A stretch of DNA of 64,000 bases. Origin: an uncultured Solirubrobacterales bacterium (GTDB lineage: Bacteria; Actinomycetota; Thermoleophilia; Solirubrobacterales; Solirubrobacteraceae). The notes below the pieces were generated by a model. The model was given only the letters and a program-made list of their open reading frames with translations, did not search any database and had not been told where the DNA came from. The position numbers and the translations under genes are program-made. Below are positions 54,226-64,000 of this stretch, piece by piece (the first letter of the stretch is position 1; the number at the start of each line of letters is the position of its first letter). The DNA is taken from positions 537,678 to 601,677 of the forward strand of contig CAVUUS010000003.1 in NCBI GenBank assembly GCA_963744755.1. Direction: 5' to 3'.

Positions 54226-55215
54226 GTGGACTTCGATCTGACCCAGGACCAGAAGGAGATCAAGGGCGTCGCCCGGGAGCTGCTTGCCGCGCGCTCGCCG
54301 ATGGCAAAGGTGCGCGAGGCGGCCGAGGCCGGTGCATACGACAGCTCGTTGTGGAACGAGCTGGTCGGACTCGGGTGGCCCGGAATCGCAGTCGCCGAGG
54401 AGCACGGCGGCCAGGGCCTGGGCGCCGTCGAGCTCGCGGTGCTGCTCGAGGAACTTGGATACGCCTGCGCGGCGACGCCATTCCTGTCAACCGCCGTGGC
54501 CGCCGCGGTGATTCAGTCCACCGGCACTGCCGAGCAGCAGGCTCGCTGGCTGCCCGGATTGGCGTCGGGCGAGTTGACCGCCGGGATCGGGACGCACGAG
54601 CTGGCCGCCGACGCGGCCGGCGCCGCGGTCGCCGTCCTGATAAGCGGCGACGAAGCCCAGATCGTGACGGCGCCTGAGACCGAGCCGCTGATTGCGATCG
54701 ACCCGACCCGGCGCTATGCGCGCGTGCTCGGATCTGGGGAATCTGGTGCGCTCGGCGCGGGAGCGGCCGAGCGGATCCGCGCGGCGATCTCGGCCGAGGT
54801 CGTCGGGGTCTGCCAGCGCGCGCTCGACATGACGCTGGACTACGTCAAGGACCGCAAGCAGTTCGGCGTCCCGGTCGGCTCCTTCCAAGCCGTCGCGCAC
54901 CGCTGCGCCCAGATGCTGCTGCACACCGAGAGCGCGCGGGGGGCCGCGTACTACGCGGCCTGGGCGGCCGACGCGGACCCTGACCGGCTGGCCGAAGGCG
55001 CAGCTCTGGCCGGCGCCGCGGCGGCCGACGGCGGTCGCGAGGTCACCGCCAGCGCGATCCAAGCGCACGGCGGGATCGGCTTCACCTGGGAGGCCGACGT
55101 TCATTGGCTGTATAAACGCGCGCAGCTCGATGCCGCGCTGATCGGCGGCGCCACCCGTCACCGAGCGGCGCTGGCGGCGATCGCCGCCGACCAGGTGGCG
55201 ATGCGCGCCCGTTGA
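54226..55215 (+). CDS. acyl-CoA dehydrogenase family protein (shorter, beta-type subunit)
   Basis: ACAD middle and C-terminal domains (QAHGGIGFTWE..HWLYKRA), but shorter at 329 aa. Confidence 0.85.
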   Translation: MDFDLTQDQKEIKGVARELLAARSPMAKVREAAEAGAYDSSLWNELVGLGWPGIAVAEEHGGQGLGAVELAVLLEELGYACAATPFLSTAVAAAVIQSTGTAEQQARWLPGLASGELTAGIGTHELAADAAGAAVAVLISGDEAQIVTAPETEPLIAIDPTRRYARVLGSGESGALGAGAAERIRAAISAEVVGVCQRALDMTLDYVKDRKQFGVPVGSFQAVAHRCAQMLLHTESARGAAYYAAWAADADPDRLAEGAALAGAAAADGGREVTASAIQAHGGIGFTWEADVHWLYKRAQLDAALIGGATRHRAALAAIAADQVAMRAR

Positions 55216-55246
55216 TCGGACCCCCAACCAAGGAGCGAACTTCAAG

Positions 55247-55702
55247 ATGCTCACCCTCACCGGCCTCGACGAAGTCAAGTCCTACGTGGGCCAGGAGCTC
55301 GGCGTCAGCGACTGGCACACGGTCACCCAGGAGAGGATCGACGAGTTCGCCGAGGTGACCGGCGACGACCAGTGGATCCATGTCGACGTCGAACGGGCCA
55401 AGCAGACGCCGTTTGGTGGCACGATCGCCCACGGGTACTACGTCCTGTCACTGATGCCGCGGTTCTCCTACGACATGTTCAAGCTCGAGGGCTTCGCGTT
55501 CGGGCTGAACTACGGGCTCAACCGCGTCCGGTTCCCCGCGCCGATGCCCGTAGGCGAGAAGGTGCGCATGCGGGCGAAGCTGGCCTCGGTCGATGAGGTC
55601 CCAGGGGGCGCCCAGATCACCACGGAGGTGACCTTCGAGCGCGAAGGCGGCGAGAAGCCGGTCTGCGTCGCCGAGACGCTGGCCCGGTTCTACACCGGCT
55701 GA
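55247..55702 (+). CDS. MaoC-family (R-specific enoyl-CoA hydratase-like) dehydratase
   Basis: FAEVTGDDQWIHVDVERAKQTPFGGTIAHGY hot-dog motif. Confidence 0.88.
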   Translation: MLTLTGLDEVKSYVGQELGVSDWHTVTQERIDEFAEVTGDDQWIHVDVERAKQTPFGGTIAHGYYVLSLMPRFSYDMFKLEGFAFGLNYGLNRVRFPAPMPVGEKVRMRAKLASVDEVPGGAQITTEVTFEREGGEKPVCVAETLARFYTG

Positions 55703-55705
55703 CGC

Positions 55706-56149
55706 TCAGACGACGACGGGCGACCCGAGCTCCGAGGCGATCCGGTCCACGGCCATCCGCAGCGCGCCGGCGGCCAGCAGGGCATCCGTGGCCTGCGCCA
55801 GTATCCGACCCATCAGGCCGTGGCCGGTGACCTTGATCGTGGCCCGCACCTCGGTGCCGTCGCCGGCCAGGACCGCGAAGTACGCGACGTCCAGTCGGAT
55901 CGGGCCGACCGCGGTCAGGACCAAGCGACCGTCGTCGGCTTCGGCCACCTCGACACCAAACTCGAGGCGGCGTCCGGCCAGGCTGCCGCTCACCCGTACG
56001 CGGTCGCCGGCGGCCAGGCGGTCCCCCTCGAAGTCGAGGACGTCGAAGGCGATCGGGGCCCAGCGGCCGATGGCGTCCGGCTCGGTGAGAAGCGCCAGCA
56101 CCTCATCGGGAAGTCCGGCTACTCGGGTCTGAGCTGTCCATGTCGCCAT
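55706..56149 (-). CDS. SRPBCC (START/polyketide cyclase-like) family protein
   Basis: Length and the ...P..V...L.....GRW.P pattern. Start may be the GTG at 56167. Confidence 0.65.
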   Translation of the reverse strand: MATWTAQTRVAGLPDEVLALLTEPDAIGRWAPIAFDVLDFEGDRLAAGDRVRVSGSLAGRRLEFGVEVAEADDGRLVLTAVGPIRLDVAYFAVLAGDGTEVRATIKVTGHGLMGRILAQATDALLAAGALRMAVDRIASELGSPVVV

Positions 56150-56222
56150 GGGGATACTTTCCCGCACTTATCCACCCCCGATGTGTGACATTAACCCGGT
56201 TCCCGGGTAGGTTCCGCGAGCC

Positions 56223-57176
56223 TTGACCGGTGCCGGACACCCGCACTCGTTCCACAGCGTCAGCGCGGAGCACGCCGCGTTCGTCTGGGACAACTCGGCC
56301 ACGGCCGTCCTCGAGGTGGAGTCCGGTGCGACAGTCGAGCTGGAAGCCGCCGACGCCTCGGGCGGGCAGCTGACCGCGCAGTCCTCGTCGCAAGACGTCG
56401 CGGGACTGGACCTGGCCCGCGTCAACCCCATCACCGGGCCGGTATTCGTGCGCGGGGCGGAGCCGGGCGACGTGCTCGCCGTGGAGATCCTCGAGCTACG
56501 GCCGCACGACTGGGGTTGGACGGCGATCATCCCCGGCTTCGGTTTGTTGGCCGACGAGTTTCCCGATCCCTGGCTGCGGATCTCGCAGGTCGACGCCAAG
56601 CGGGGGTCGGTGCGGTTCGCCGACGACGTCACGCTTCCGTTCTCACCGTTCCCGGGGACGATCGGCGTGGCGCCGGCCGAGCCGGGACAGCACTCGGTCG
56701 TGCCGCCCACGCGCTGGGGAGGCAACATGGACATCAAGCACCTGCGTCCCGGGACGACGCTGTTGCTCCCGGTGGGCGTGTCGGGCGCGCTGTTCTCGGT
56801 GGGCGACACCCACGCGGCGATGGGCGACGGGGAGGTCTGCGGTACCGCCGTCGAGACGGCGATGGACATCGCCGTTCGGCTTTCGGTACGACGCGACCTG
56901 TCGCTCCACTACCCCCAATACGTCGTGCCCGCCGGCCAGCTGGCCGCGATCGAGGCGTCGAGCTATCACGTCTGCACCGGCGTAGACCCGGACCTGCTCG
57001 AGGCGACCCGCGCGGCCACGCGCGCGGTGATCGATCACATCGTCGAGCGTCACGGGCGCAGCCGCCAGGAGGCCTACGCGATCGCCTCGGTCTCGGTCGA
57101 CCTGCGGATCCACGAGGTCGTCGACGTTCCCAATTGGGTGGTCGGCGCCTTCCTCCCTGAGGCGATCTTCGGCTAG
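56223..57176 (+). CDS. acetamidase/formamidase family protein
   Basis: NPITGPVFVRGAEPGDVLAVEIL, GGNMD and GDTHAAMGDGEV motifs. Confidence 0.85.
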   Translation: MTGAGHPHSFHSVSAEHAAFVWDNSATAVLEVESGATVELEAADASGGQLTAQSSSQDVAGLDLARVNPITGPVFVRGAEPGDVLAVEILELRPHDWGWTAIIPGFGLLADEFPDPWLRISQVDAKRGSVRFADDVTLPFSPFPGTIGVAPAEPGQHSVVPPTRWGGNMDIKHLRPGTTLLLPVGVSGALFSVGDTHAAMGDGEVCGTAVETAMDIAVRLSVRRDLSLHYPQYVVPAGQLAAIEASSYHVCTGVDPDLLEATRAATRAVIDHIVERHGRSRQEAYAIASVSVDLRIHEVVDVPNWVVGAFLPEAIFG

Positions 57177-57188
57177 CGCGCATCGACC

Positions 57189-58655
57189 GTGGCGAGCGAC
57201 GCGACAGTACCCGCACGAGGCGCCGCTCCGGGACTCCGGCGCGAGCTGCGCTTCTGGGAGGCGATCGCGCTCTCGATCGGCATCATGGCCCCGACCGCGG
57301 CGATGGCATTGAACGGAACCGCGCCGGCCGGACTGATCGGCCGCGCCGTGCCGCTGGCTTTCATCTTCGCGACGATCGGCGTGCTGTTCGTCTCCTACGC
57401 GTTCATTCGCCTGTCCCGGTATTTCAGCCACGCCGGATCGGTGTTCGCGTTCTCGGGGATCACGCTCGGGCCGCGCGCCGGGTTCTTCTCGGGCTGGGCG
57501 CTGCTCGGCACCTACCTCGCCTTCACCTGCGCGTCCACGGCCGAGGCGGGAACGTTCGGCATCGCATTCCTGAGCGGCACGGGGATCGCCAAGTCGGCCG
57601 ACTATTTCGTGATCGCCGTGATCGCGGCGGCGCTGATCGCGCTGCTGGCCTACGGCGACATCCGTGTGGCCACCAGATCGCTGCTCGGGATGGAGGGGAT
57701 CTCGGTGCTGTTGATCGTGATCCTGATGGTGGTGATCGTGGTCAAGCTGATCGCCGGCACCTCGCCTCACGGTCAGAGCGTCACGCTTGACGCATTCAAG
57801 ATTCCGGGCGGCGTCTCGTTCTCGGCGGTGGCCAGCGCCGCCGTGTTCGGATTCCTGTCCTTCGCCGGGTTCGAGGGCGCCGCTGCCCTCGGCGAGGAGA
57901 CCAACAACCCGCGGCGGGAGATCCCACGGGCGATCCGCACCGCGGTGATCGGCTCGGGCATCTTCTACATCCTCTGCATCCTCGTGCAGACGTGGGGGTT
58001 CGGGGCCAACGCGACCGGAGCAAAGGCGTTCTCGAGCTCCACCGCCCCGCTCGGCGACCTGGCGCAGACCTACGTCGGCTCGGCGATGTCCGACGCGATC
58101 AACTTCGGCGCCACGATCAGTGCGTTCGCCAGCGGACTCGGCGCGGCGGCTGCCGGCGCGCGGATCCTGTTTGCCCTCAGTCGCGATACCGCGCTCGCCG
58201 GGGCCCTCGGGCGCCCGTCGGCCCGGACCGGGGCACCGGCCGGGGCGCTGACGGTGGTGCTGCTCGTCGGCGTCGGCGCGATCGCCGCCCAGCGCATCGC
58301 GGGCGTCTCGGCTGTCAATGCCTTCTTCTACCCCGGCACGATCGGGGTGCTCAGTCTGCTGATCGCCTACATCGTCACCAACGTCGGCGCGATCAGCCAC
58401 CTGTTCATCCGCGCTCGTCGAGCCCCACGGTGGGAGATCGTGTTTCCGCTGCTGGGGATCGCGTTCCTGATCTACACCCTGTACAAGAATGTCCAGGGCG
58501 TCGCATTTCCCTACAGCCGATTCCCGCTGGTGGTCGGCATCTGGCTGGCCGTCGGCTTGGTGATCGTCCTGGCGTTGCCGGGGCTATCGGCCAGGATCGG
58601 GAAATCGTTGGCGCGCGAAGAGGGTCTCGACCTCGCGGCGGACGAGCGCAGCTAG
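57189..58655 (+). CDS. APC-superfamily amino acid/amide permease
   Basis: 12 TM helices, N-terminal LRRELRFWEAIALSIGIMAP pattern. 12 nt after the acetamidase gene. Confidence 0.88.
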   Translation: MASDATVPARGAAPGLRRELRFWEAIALSIGIMAPTAAMALNGTAPAGLIGRAVPLAFIFATIGVLFVSYAFIRLSRYFSHAGSVFAFSGITLGPRAGFFSGWALLGTYLAFTCASTAEAGTFGIAFLSGTGIAKSADYFVIAVIAAALIALLAYGDIRVATRSLLGMEGISVLLIVILMVVIVVKLIAGTSPHGQSVTLDAFKIPGGVSFSAVASAAVFGFLSFAGFEGAAALGEETNNPRREIPRAIRTAVIGSGIFYILCILVQTWGFGANATGAKAFSSSTAPLGDLAQTYVGSAMSDAINFGATISAFASGLGAAAAGARILFALSRDTALAGALGRPSARTGAPAGALTVVLLVGVGAIAAQRIAGVSAVNAFFYPGTIGVLSLLIAYIVTNVGAISHLFIRARRAPRWEIVFPLLGIAFLIYTLYKNVQGVAFPYSRFPLVVGIWLAVGLVIVLALPGLSARIGKSLAREEGLDLAADERS

Positions 58656-58718
58656 GGTCCGCGTGGTTCGTCGGAAAACTACGGGTGCTATCTGGACCAA
58701 TCGGCCCATACTCGGAGG

Positions 58719-60743
58719 ATGCCCCTGAGCGATGGATCGGGCGTCGACGAGCTGGTCACGCGGACGGTGGCCAAACACGTCGTGCTGTCGATCCTGGCCG
58801 CGCTTCCCGACGCCTCGGTGCTCGCGTTCGACCCTGAGCTGCGGTTCGTGTTCGGGGCCGGAGCCGCACTCGGGCGCCACGGCTTTACTCCGGAGGATCT
58901 CACCGGCCGGGCATGCCAGGACGTGCTCGGTGAGCGCTGGGCAATATACGAGAACGCATACCGTGCGGCCTTGGCCGGCCACCCGAGCTCAATTGAGGTG
59001 AACGCCCCCGATGGGGACCGCCGGTACCTGGTCGAGGTGTCCCCGGCACGATCGGATCTGGGCGAGGTGACCGGTGGCGTCGTGATCGCCCGGGACGTGA
59101 CCGAACTGCGCCGTCTGGAGCGAGAGGCGCGCACGCACGAGCATCTGCAGCAAGTTGGCTTCGATGGGTCGCTGACCGGTGCCGCGCGAACCGACCTCGA
59201 CGGCCGGTTTCTGGAGGTCAACCAAGCCTTCGTCGACCTGTTGGGCTACTCGCGTCAGCGACTGACCGGCATGACCTCCCGTGAGATGACAGACCCGCGG
59301 GACCTGCCCGCGGACCTCGCCGCCGAGGCTGAGATGGTGAGGGGCGCGCGGCGCACGTACCGCGCCGAGAAGCGCTACCTGTGCGCCGATCGCCGCACCG
59401 TCTGGGCGCTGATATCGGTCGTTCTGATTCCCGCCGGCGTCCGCCCAGCGCACCTCTTCACGCAGGCGATCGACATCACCGACCGCAAACGTGCCGAGGC
59501 CCAGCGGGCGCTGCAGGCGACGATCACCGAACGGATGGGCGACGGGGTCGCCCTCGTCGATGCCCGCAACCGGACCATCGTGTACGCGAACAACGCCTTC
59601 TCGTCGATGCTCGGCTACGAGCCGGGCGAGTTGGACGGTCAAGCCCTCGCCGTCGTGTCGGCACCCGCGGAGCCCACCGATCACGACGTGGCGAGCGAGA
59701 TCGTCCAGGCGATTGCCCGTGACGAGGTGTGGAACGGGAGGATCCAGAACGTGCGGAAGGACGGCTCTGCCTGCTGGTGCTGGGCGAGCGTGACCGAGCT
59801 TGAGCATCCCGATCACGGTCCCCTGTGGGTCTCGGTACACAACGACATCAGTCAGGTCAAGCGTTCCGAGGATGCGCTCCGGGAGGCGCAGGAGCGGTTT
59901 GAGCAGGCCTTTGAAAAGGCGCCGATCGGGATGGCGCTGGTCGGGCTGGACGGCCGTTTCCTCCGGGTCAACCAGGCGCTCTGTCGGATCACGGGTTACG
60001 ACCAGGACGAGTTGACGACCATGTGCTTCCAGGACATCACGCATCGTGAGGATCTCGATGCCGGCGTGGAGTATGCGAAGCGCCTGATGGCGGGCGAGAT
60101 CCGCGACTATCAGATTGAGAAGCGCTACCTCAAGGCGGATGGCAGCATCGTCTGGATCAACCTGTCCGCAACGCTGATCCGAGACACACGTGATCAGCCG
60201 CTGCATTTCATCGCCCAGATCCAGGACGTCTCCGACCGTCAGCGACTGGAAGCCCGTCTCCGCGATCTGGCCGACCACGACAGCCTCACCGGGTTGCGCA
60301 ACCGCCGGGTCTTCGAGGAGGCCCTGCTGATACAGGTTGGGCGCTGTCAACGCTACGCCGAGCGTGCCGCACTGCTGATGATCGACATGGACGACTTCAA
60401 GGCGATCAACGACACCCATGGCCACAAGGCCGGCGATCGAACCCTGATAACCGTGGCGGCCGCGATCGTTCGGCGGATCCGCGTCGCCGATATCGCTGCG
60501 CGTCTGGGCGGCGATGAATTCGCCGTCCTCCTCGCTCACATCGGTGAAGCGGAAGCGACGTCCATCGCGCAGGACGTCGGAGCAGCAATCGAGGCGTCGA
60601 CCGTTCCGCACGGCAATCGCACGATTCATCCTCGCGCCAGCATCGGCGTCGCGTTCATCGATCAACACAGCGTCGGCGACGAAGCGGTGCTCGCCATCGC
60701 CGACCGCGCCATGTACGCCGCCAAGCCACAACCGATGAGATAG
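58719..60743 (+). CDS. multi-PAS diguanylate cyclase (GGDEF)
   Basis: Three or four PAS/PAC modules, then DSLTGLRNRR...RLGGDEFAVLL. No EAL domain. Start uncertain. Confidence 0.88.
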   Translation: MPLSDGSGVDELVTRTVAKHVVLSILAALPDASVLAFDPELRFVFGAGAALGRHGFTPEDLTGRACQDVLGERWAIYENAYRAALAGHPSSIEVNAPDGDRRYLVEVSPARSDLGEVTGGVVIARDVTELRRLEREARTHEHLQQVGFDGSLTGAARTDLDGRFLEVNQAFVDLLGYSRQRLTGMTSREMTDPRDLPADLAAEAEMVRGARRTYRAEKRYLCADRRTVWALISVVLIPAGVRPAHLFTQAIDITDRKRAEAQRALQATITERMGDGVALVDARNRTIVYANNAFSSMLGYEPGELDGQALAVVSAPAEPTDHDVASEIVQAIARDEVWNGRIQNVRKDGSACWCWASVTELEHPDHGPLWVSVHNDISQVKRSEDALREAQERFEQAFEKAPIGMALVGLDGRFLRVNQALCRITGYDQDELTTMCFQDITHREDLDAGVEYAKRLMAGEIRDYQIEKRYLKADGSIVWINLSATLIRDTRDQPLHFIAQIQDVSDRQRLEARLRDLADHDSLTGLRNRRVFEEALLIQVGRCQRYAERAALLMIDMDDFKAINDTHGHKAGDRTLITVAAAIVRRIRVADIAARLGGDEFAVLLAHIGEAEATSIAQDVGAAIEASTVPHGNRTIHPRASIGVAFIDQHSVGDEAVLAIADRAMYAAKPQPMR

Positions 60744-60773
60744 GCCGGGTGATGAGAAGCTGAAGACGCAACC

Positions 60774-61037
60774 GTGACACGGGTCGCTAACGATGTCGGC
60801 GCCCGCCTCGTGCACGCCGGCGCCGGTCGTCGCATCTCGGCCCGGGCGAGCCAGGCCAAGCTCGCCACGACGATCCGCAGCGCCCTGGTCGATCGCAGCC
60901 TGACCGCCAACGCGGTGCGCTTGGCCGATGCGATCCGCGGCGAGATCGCCGCCGGCCGAGCTGTGGCCGAGCTTGAGGCCCTGGCCAGCGCCGATCAGCC
61001 GTTGGTCACGGATCCCGCATCGCCCTTGCTCCTCTGA
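60774..61037 (+). pseudogene. possible C-terminal remnant of a GT1 (MGT-type) glycosyltransferase
   Basis: NDVGARLVHAGAGRRIS....LATTIRSALVD.SLTANAVRLADAI resembles the last ~80 residues of macrolide-type glycosyltransferases. No N-terminal part is present. Confidence 0.3.
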
Positions 61038-61041
61038 CCGT

Positions 61042-61458
61042 TCACCGATCGGCGACCGCGGCGAATATCGCCCCGAAGGCGACGTTGTCGGCGATCTGCG
61101 GTCCGAGCTCGAATTCGGCGATCAGCGGGAACCACCGCGGCGCGATCAGGCCGAGGTTGACCACGCCGAGCAACAGGCCGGCGAACGTCCCCCACGCCAC
61201 GGAATGCTCGCGGGGGAGCATGTACGCCAAGAGCTCGGCGCTCGCCAGCGAGATCGCCGCGTGGGTGACGGCGCCGCGCACGAGCCCGGGGCGACCGGGG
61301 GGCAGCAGCGTGCCGACGGCTCGGGTGGCGTCGACGCCGTAGGCCAGCGCGGACCGGAGACCTCCGGTCGCCACGGCGTGCCCAAACGATGGCGTACCGC
61401 TGAGGACCGAGGCGACGGCGGCTCCCTGGAGGACACAACGCTGGCGGCGCCGCGGCAC
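61042..61458 (-). CDS. hypothetical membrane protein
   Basis: Three or four hydrophobic helices and good GC3. No family recognised. Confidence 0.5.
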   Translation of the reverse strand: MPRRRQRCVLQGAAVASVLSGTPSFGHAVATGGLRSALAYGVDATRAVGTLLPPGRPGLVRGAVTHAAISLASAELLAYMLPREHSVAWGTFAGLLLGVVNLGLIAPRWFPLIAEFELGPQIADNVAFGAIFAAVADR

Positions 61459-61470
61459 GTCTGGCCTGAT

Positions 61471-62295
61471 TCAGCGCCGCGCGAGCACGATGTTCGACTC
61501 GAGCCCGGACTCGATCGGCCCATCGCCCGTCCCACGGGCGACGGCGGCGACCAGGCGTTGCCTCTGTTCGTCCGAAAGCCGGTCGATGTCGGCGGCGATC
61601 GGCGTCACCGCAAGCGTGGCCACAACCTGCGCCGGACCGCCCTCGAAGGCGACCGGCAGGGTGTGCGTGGCCACCTGGACATCGTGAAAGCCGGCGGCCT
61701 CGAGCAGGGCACCGAGCCGCTCGCCCTCCGGGAATCCGAACGGACCGCCGCGGTAGCGGTCGGCAAGCTCCGCACCGAGAGCCGCCTCGATCCCATCCGC
61801 CATAGCCCGGAACGGAGGCGAGCCGTCGATCTCCGTCCAGACGGCGATGCCGATCCGGCCTCCCGGCCGCAGGGCGCGGCGCATCTCGGCGACCGCCGCC
61901 GGTCGATCCGGGAAGAACTGGATCCCCTGCTGACAACTCACGACGTCGAACGTGGCGTCATCCACCGGGAGCCGGTCCGCCGGCCCCTCGAGGTACTCGA
62001 TCACGGCAGCCCCGCGCTTCGGAGGCTTGGCCCTGGCCAGGGTCAGCATCGCCGGACTGAGATCGCAGCCTGTCACCCGTCCTTCCTCGCCCACCCGCTC
62101 GGCGGCGCTTTGCGCAACCGACCCCGGACCGCAGGCCACGTCCAGCACGGCCTCGCCGGAAGCGACGGCGAGCTGCTCGAGCAACAGCTCGCCCCAGGGC
62201 GCGAACATCCGCGGAACCATCACCTCGTCGTAGACCTGCATCGCCGCCAAGGCCGCTTCGCCGAAAGATTCGCTCCACCTGGCTCCGGTGCTCAT
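61471..62295 (-). CDS. class I SAM-dependent methyltransferase
   Basis: Motif I VLDVACGPGSV, then DLSPAML, FDVVSCQQG. ATG at 62295. Confidence 0.85.
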   Translation of the reverse strand: MSTGARWSESFGEAALAAMQVYDEVMVPRMFAPWGELLLEQLAVASGEAVLDVACGPGSVAQSAAERVGEEGRVTGCDLSPAMLTLARAKPPKRGAAVIEYLEGPADRLPVDDATFDVVSCQQGIQFFPDRPAAVAEMRRALRPGGRIGIAVWTEIDGSPPFRAMADGIEAALGAELADRYRGGPFGFPEGERLGALLEAAGFHDVQVATHTLPVAFEGGPAQVVATLAVTPIAADIDRLSDEQRQRLVAAVARGTGDGPIESGLESNIVLARR

Positions 62296-62299
62296 CTGG

Positions 62300-63079
62300 T
62301 CAGCCGAGGTCCGGCAGCAGGTCGGCGATCGAGTTGACGATCCTCGAGGCCCGGTAGGGATGGCGCTCGGCATCCTCCAGTGTCGTCAGGCCGGTTAAGA
62401 CGAGGATCGTTTCCATCCCGGCCTCCAGGCCGGAGACGACGTCGGTGTCCATCCGGTCGCCGATCATCGCCGCGGTCTCCGAGTGTGCGTCGATGGCGTT
62501 GAGCGCCGAGCGCATCATCAGTGGGTTGGGCTTACCCACGAAGTAGGGCTCAACGCCGGTGGCGCGGCTGATCAGGGCCGCCACCGAGCCCGTGGCCGGC
62601 AGGGGGCCGTCGAGCGTCGGCCCGGTGGCGTCGGGGTTGGTGGCGATGAACCGAGAACCGGAGGCGATCAGCCGGATCGCGTGGGTGATCCGCTCAAAGC
62701 TGTAGGTCCTGGTCTCACCCAGCACCACATAGTCGGGCCCTCGCTCGGTCAGCGTGTACCCGACGTTGTGCAGCGCCGTGGTCAGCCCGGCCTCGCCGAT
62801 CACGTAGGCCGACCCGCCCGGCCGCTGATCCTCGAGAAACCGCGCTGTGGCCAATGCCGAGGTCCAGATTCGCTCCTCGGGAACTTCGATACCGCTGGCG
62901 CTCAAGCGCGCGGCCAGGTCGCGCGCCGTGTAGATCGAGTTATTGGTCAGCACCAGGAAGGGCCGGCCGAGCGACACCAGGCGGGCGATGAACTCGTCCG
63001 CTCCCGGGATCGCGAGGTCCTCGCGGACCAGCACTCCGTCCATATCCATCAACCATGAGCGGATCTCTCGTTTGGCCAT
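62300..63079 (-). CDS. HAD-IIA family hydrolase (NagD-like)
   Basis: DMDGVL (DxDG), LTNNS, GKP, GDRMDTD motifs. ATG at 63079. Confidence 0.85.
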   Translation of the reverse strand: MAKREIRSWLMDMDGVLVREDLAIPGADEFIARLVSLGRPFLVLTNNSIYTARDLAARLSASGIEVPEERIWTSALATARFLEDQRPGGSAYVIGEAGLTTALHNVGYTLTERGPDYVVLGETRTYSFERITHAIRLIASGSRFIATNPDATGPTLDGPLPATGSVAALISRATGVEPYFVGKPNPLMMRSALNAIDAHSETAAMIGDRMDTDVVSGLEAGMETILVLTGLTTLEDAERHPYRASRIVNSIADLLPDLG

Positions 63080-63244
63080 CTCCACGCAAATGGTTGCAAA
63101 GCTCCGAGTTGGGGCCGGGGCGGTGCCCGAACCGCGACCCATTCGCCGCCCCGCCGCGATGAATTCCTCGCGTCGATCGGGTCTAATCCGGTGCCGATGT
63201 CTCCGTGGCGCCGGCCAAGCAAGCGACCCGAGAGAGGCGACCCC

Positions 63245-63973
63245 ATGAGCGCGACGTTCCCCGGCGAGTCACCCGAGTACCGCGCGGCGCGCGACCGGCT
63301 GCTGCGACAGGAGATCGAGCTCCGGCGGGCGACCGAGACGGTGGCCGCCGCGAGGCGCGAGCTCCCTCCGGGTGGGGTCGTCCCCGAGGACTACGTGTTT
63401 GCCGGCGCCGGAGCCGACGGCAGTGCGACTGAGGTGAGAATGTCTGAGCTGTTCGCACCGGGGAAGGACAGCCTCGTTATCTACAGCTTCATGTTCCCGC
63501 GTGACCCGGGCGACGATCGACCGGGGCCCGAGACCGGACAGACCGCGCTGCTGACGCTCGCCGATGGCCCGTGTCCGTCATGCGTCGCCTTACTCGACCA
63601 GCTGGACGGCGCCGCCGAGCACGCCGGCCAGCAGGTCAATCTCGTGGTCGTCGCTCGGTCGCCGATCTCGCGGCTGCTCGCGTTCGGTGCGGAGCGAGGC
63701 TGGCGGCACCTGCGACTGCTGTCCTCGTCGGGAAACTCCTACAACCGGGACTATCTTGCCGAGACCGCGGAGGGAGCACAGCGACCGATGCTGAACGTAT
63801 TTCACCGTGATGCCGAAGCGGTGCGGCACTTCTGGGGCTCGGAGCTCTTCTACGCGGAGCCTGAGCCCGGGCAAGACCCCCGCCACGTCGGAAGTCTGGA
63901 GCCCGTCTGGAACCTGTTCGACCTGACACCGGAGGGCCGCCCGAACTGGGATGAGCAGCTGAGCTACCGATGA
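63245..63973 (+). CDS. DUF899 thioredoxin-like protein (paralog 2)
   Basis: [43 protein letters not shown]. Colinear with the CDS at 39346. Confidence 0.8.
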   Translation: MSATFPGESPEYRAARDRLLRQEIELRRATETVAAARRELPPGGVVPEDYVFAGAGADGSATEVRMSELFAPGKDSLVIYSFMFPRDPGDDRPGPETGQTALLTLADGPCPSCVALLDQLDGAAEHAGQQVNLVVVARSPISRLLAFGAERGWRHLRLLSSSGNSYNRDYLAETAEGAQRPMLNVFHRDAEAVRHFWGSELFYAEPEPGQDPRHVGSLEPVWNLFDLTPEGRPNWDEQLSYR

Positions 63974-64000
63974 TGGGCTCCTTCCTCAACTATTTGTGGC

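Noticed and set aside
63973-64000. Possible next gene start (ATG at 63973 overlapping the DUF899 stop, MGSFLNYLW...)
   Set aside because: Only 9 codons are visible before the window ends, so it cannot be supported.

Overview
This is a 64 kb, very GC-rich window (roughly 68-70% by eye) with dense coding on both strands. Many adjacent genes overlap by 4 nt (ATGA or GTGA). The style fits an Actinomycetota chromosome, perhaps Thermoleophilia-like, but that is inference only. All product calls come from reading motifs in the supplied translations; no database search was run.

I support about 60 CDS. They include:
- fabF, zwf and corA
- a CHASE3 hybrid histidine kinase with a LuxR-type response regulator
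- two ECF sigma modules
- a TetR/ACAD/ACAD/MaoC lipid operon
- an acetamidase and permease pair
- a PAS-GGDEF protein
- several secreted glycoside hydrolases (GH2, GH30, GH6-like, clan GH-A) and glycosyltransferases (GT39-like, GT2)

There are two tRNAs, Val-TAC and Glu-TTC. I also call several hairpin terminators, several gene remnants, and many short tandem duplications. I found no rRNA, CRISPR array, transposase, integrase or recognisable canonical phage-defence system.

The most interesting items are:
1. An ECF sigma factor translationally coupled to a membrane protein. Its extracytoplasmic penicillin-binding (transpeptidase-like) domain has lost the catalytic Ser and Lys, which suggests a sensor or anti-sigma role.
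2. An ECF sigma fused in frame to its own zf-HC2 anti-sigma and TM region, followed by an HDOD-LuxR regulator.
3. A leaderless-looking cytoplasmic S8 subtilase coupled by ATGA overlap to a GAF protein, next to tRNA-Val. A convergent small ORF there carries an internal EVEGH repeat.
4. A conserved 39-nt palindromic element present twice, with one copy abutting a G-quadruplex-type GC-only tract.
5. A recurring pattern of 18-39 bp tandem duplications at gene termini. Three of them duplicate the stop-codon region.
6. A lower-GC islet next to tRNA-Glu that encodes three secreted proteins sharing a 4-Cys C-terminal motif.

Many long Arg/Pro/Gly-rich ORFs in the track are antisense shadows typical of high-GC DNA and were rejected.
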